DNA of 61,322 nucleotides from Vitrella brassicaformis CCMP3155 (taxonomy: Eukaryota; Protista; Chromerida): assembly GCA_001179505.1 (NCBI GenBank), contig CDMY01000512.1:1-61322 (forward strand). Direction: 5' to 3'. A model generated the notes under the pieces. It was given only the letters and a program-made list of their open reading frames with translations. It did no database searches and had not been told where the DNA came from. This document shows positions 58,358-61,322 of this stretch, piece by piece (positions within the stretch are counted from its first letter, which is position 1; each line of letters begins with the position of its first letter). Made by a program: the position numbers and the translations under genes.

Positions 58358-58946
58358 ACCGCCAGCCGGGCAGACACAGATCACACCACGTACGAAGACC
58401 ACAAAAGGCAGGAAAGGAACCAAGCAACCGGCCGCCCTCCTGTTGTCCTTGTGCTCGGTCAGGTCAGCGAGCGACGCGTAGAGATGGGTGGATGGATGGA
58501 TGGAGGGAGGGAGGGAGGGAGAGAGGGGTTGCGGGGTGCGTGGCCAGGTGTAGCTACGGCACGGCGGTCGCGCCTTGCCTTGTTCATGCCTGTCTGAATT
58601 AAGGGGAGGGTGTTCATGGCTGATAGCTGGACAGAGGCACATAGGTACACAAGCATCGCACGCGTTGTATGATGACTGACTGACTGACTGACGGATGGAT
58701 GGATAGGCGGACGGATGGAATGATCTGCATGGCGTGGATGTTGCTGAAAGTGTGTGTGCCCGGCTCTCCATCGTGACTTCATTCACACATAGGCCACAAA
58801 CCCCCGACCCTTATATACGCGTCTGTATCAGATCGCCACACAGCCTGGCATGATCGCCACCGAGCTCACAGACAGAAGGTCCCACAGTGTCACATCCTTC
58901 CACCCCACCCCACAATACAATACAACACACTCTCCTAGCAATCACA

Positions 58947-61322
58947 TCAGTCCCGTCTGAACAGCAGCGTGTAATGAGGGCAGAACTCATGCGGCTCCAT
59001 CTTGCCATATCTCTGTGGGTCGATGGCCACCAGCAGAAACAGGGCGAAGTAGACAAATGTCCCCAGCCACACCATATTAGAGGCCGACACGAACCCCCAC
59101 AGCCGCTTCGCCACCGCATTCGAGCCCTTCTCTCTTGACAGCAGAGGCAGGTTCGTCACGCGCACTAGAAACTGAACACCCAGAGAGAGAGGGAGGGAGG
59201 GGGAGAGAGAGGTGTTCAGACATATAATCGTGTCTGCGTCGTTTGTGTGGCGCATTGACCAGAAGGAGGTTCCATTCAAGAGTGGCCTCGATTGCGACGA
59301 GGACGAGTATGCCGCCCAGCCTCTCGGCCAACCGCTGGGCCGATGGGTGCAGCACCTGGTCCACCCATGTGAAGGAGAGGTGCGTGAAGACCAGTGTGGT
59401 GAGCTCGGCCAAATTGTAGACGTGCAGCTGCTGAGAGAAGGAGAGAGACACATAGAGACACGACACAGAGAGTGCCTGTGAAGGCGATTTCTGCGTTGTT
59501 ACGTCGCTGATGCATCTGAGTAGGCGTGGCGACGCGTGGTGGGCCACGAAAGTGGTCTGCACGTCCAGGAAGGTGCTCAGAGACCGCACAGAGGACCGGT
59601 TGAGGGCGGTGCGGAGACGGTCGACAGACGTGAAGCTGATCATGGTCGACAGGCTGCTCGTCGGCCGGGTCAGGCGCTGTTCTCGCTTGTCTACTGTCGT
59701 ATCATTGCTCGCTGTCTTGGTGGCCATGGTGTCACCGGATGGCGAAGACTGCCGCTTGGGGGGGTGGGTGCCGCCGAAACCACCACACTGGTCTGGTGGG
59801 CGCTTGCCTTTGTTGCCAGTGCGCCAGTAGGGTCCAATCGTCTGCATCAGTCGTCTGCGCGCAGCCATGCCCAGAATGGGACCTGACAGACACAAGGGCC
59901 GCCGCAATGTGTCGCTTTTTGTGTCGGTGCGCTCTTGGCCGCTAACTGAAAGGGATTGCCATGTCTGAGAGACACATCGGCAGCTCACAGTACTAATCAT
60001 GGTCTCGTACATTCCCATTCAGTGTTCTTTTCACCTGTGAAGAAGCCGGAAACGCCGAACATGAGGGAGTTGAGTATCTGCACTTGAAGGGTGTCCATGC
60101 GGGCCTGCAGCATCCGTGGCAGCAACTGCAGTTAGTGAGACAATGACACCCGGCACGCCATGAGCCAATGCACACACACGCACACACACACACACAGGTG
60201 GATACCAAGCACGAGAAGACAATGAACGAGATCGTGGGGATTGTGTGCGACACCGGGCCATCCTGCACGCAAAGAGAGAGAGAGAGAGAGAGAGACAAAC
60301 ACGCTTTGCTGCCCTTTTGCTGCCCTTTTGCTCACTCGCCCACCCCCCGCAGTCAGTCTCTCACTTTGACTTGCCGTGCGATGGATGCGACCAGCGCCAC
60401 AAAGGGCCAACCCGACACGAGCACGGTGAATGCCACCCGCGTCCTTTCCCCGTCGGTTGTCGCAACTATCGCCAGAGGCAGGTACAGGTAGTTAAAAACC
60501 TAACCGACAGACAGACCACTTCAGTGTCTCGAGACACATGCTTCAGCACAGTGCCCAACCGGCCCACCAGGGAGAAAGAGACGCAGACAGCCCAGATGGA
60601 GGTCATTTGGAGGGCATACACCTGCGGCCTCTTCACGGTCTTGATGTCTTTGCCGCAGCTGCGGAAGAACAGGTAAGGGCTGATGAACAGGTACAAGGGC
60701 AGCGACGGGTACAGAACGACTGCGTGCTGCACCAGAGCCGACGCGCCGCCGTGGAAGGCAATGAAACACCCGAGAGACGTATATATCATCGGCAGAAAGT
60801 ACACCCACTTTCTCCGGAACCGCCGCCAAGCCGCGCGCAGATCGATTTCCACCATCAGGGTGAAACACGCGATGTAGCAAAAGGTGATCATCAAGCGGCG
60901 AGTGAGGTCCAGGATGACCCACGGCACCGTCACAGATCGGTCCTCACAAGCGCGCCAATAGCCCACATACACGGCCGCCCACACAGCGCCCATCACGGCT
61001 GCGAAGCCCAGCTGCCGCAAGATAACACGGGCAGGCCTCTTCATCGTGCGGAAGAAGGGCTCGGGGGTGAACCGGGCCACCAGCACCTCCACGTCACCTC
61101 TGGTCTCGTAGCACAAGGTCGTCTCGAACTCCTGATATGACGCGTCGGGGTAGTCGGCGGCCTCCCGAAACTCCGCCACCTCCGCGATGAGTGCCTTCTC
61201 CTCTGCCAACATGGCCCTCTCACGCCTGCGGGTCTGGTGCACCTCTTCGTCTCCCACGTCATCGCAGCTGATCTCTGCGCACTGCCCCACAGCCTCGATG
61301 GTGTACTGCTGCTGAGCAATTT
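58947..61322 (-). CDS. Multi-pass membrane protein of unknown family, 5'-partial (starts beyond the window)
   Basis: Successive hydrophobic exons (LGFAAVMGAVWAAVYVGYW, MITFCYIACFTLMV, YTSLGCFIAF, SIWAVCVSFSLVG, GGILVLVAIEATL, WLGTFVYFALFLLVAI) separated by GT-AG introns, ending TLLFRRD* at 58947. Confidence 0.75.

Overview
Intron-dense eukaryotic genomic window. There is no prokaryotic operon structure, and I saw no rRNA, tRNA or CRISPR array. The short (about 60-120 bp) microsatellite-rich introns, the gene content and a characteristic intronless ankyrin family suggest a chromerid alveolate such as Vitrella brassicaformis (inference from recall, not a database match). Conserved or recognisable genes, left to right: pectin-acetylesterase/Notum-like hydrolase (-), GT34 glycosyltransferase (+), dihydrolipoamide-dehydrogenase-like flavoprotein lacking both redox cysteines (-), tandem cNMP-binding protein (+), a 16-kb axonemal dynein heavy chain (+), M16A insulinase (+) and RPA32 (+). 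Between dynein and insulinase (about 33-51 kb) lies an accessory-looking block. It holds a cyanobacterial-type CPBP protease, a secreted Cys-rich protein, two ankyrin genes, a pseudokinase joined to a multi-pass membrane region, a frameshifted PTC7-like phosphatase with duplicated pieces, orphan secreted proteins, a 300-N gap, and an inverted pair of about 145-bp repeats that each carry an intron. The most interesting signals are the complementary (CA)n/(GT)n tracts at opposite ends of many introns, the Cys-less flavoprotein, the pseudokinase-TM gene, the exon-donating repeat and at least seven GC-AG introns. Exon boundaries were traced by eye and multi-exon coordinates are outer spans.
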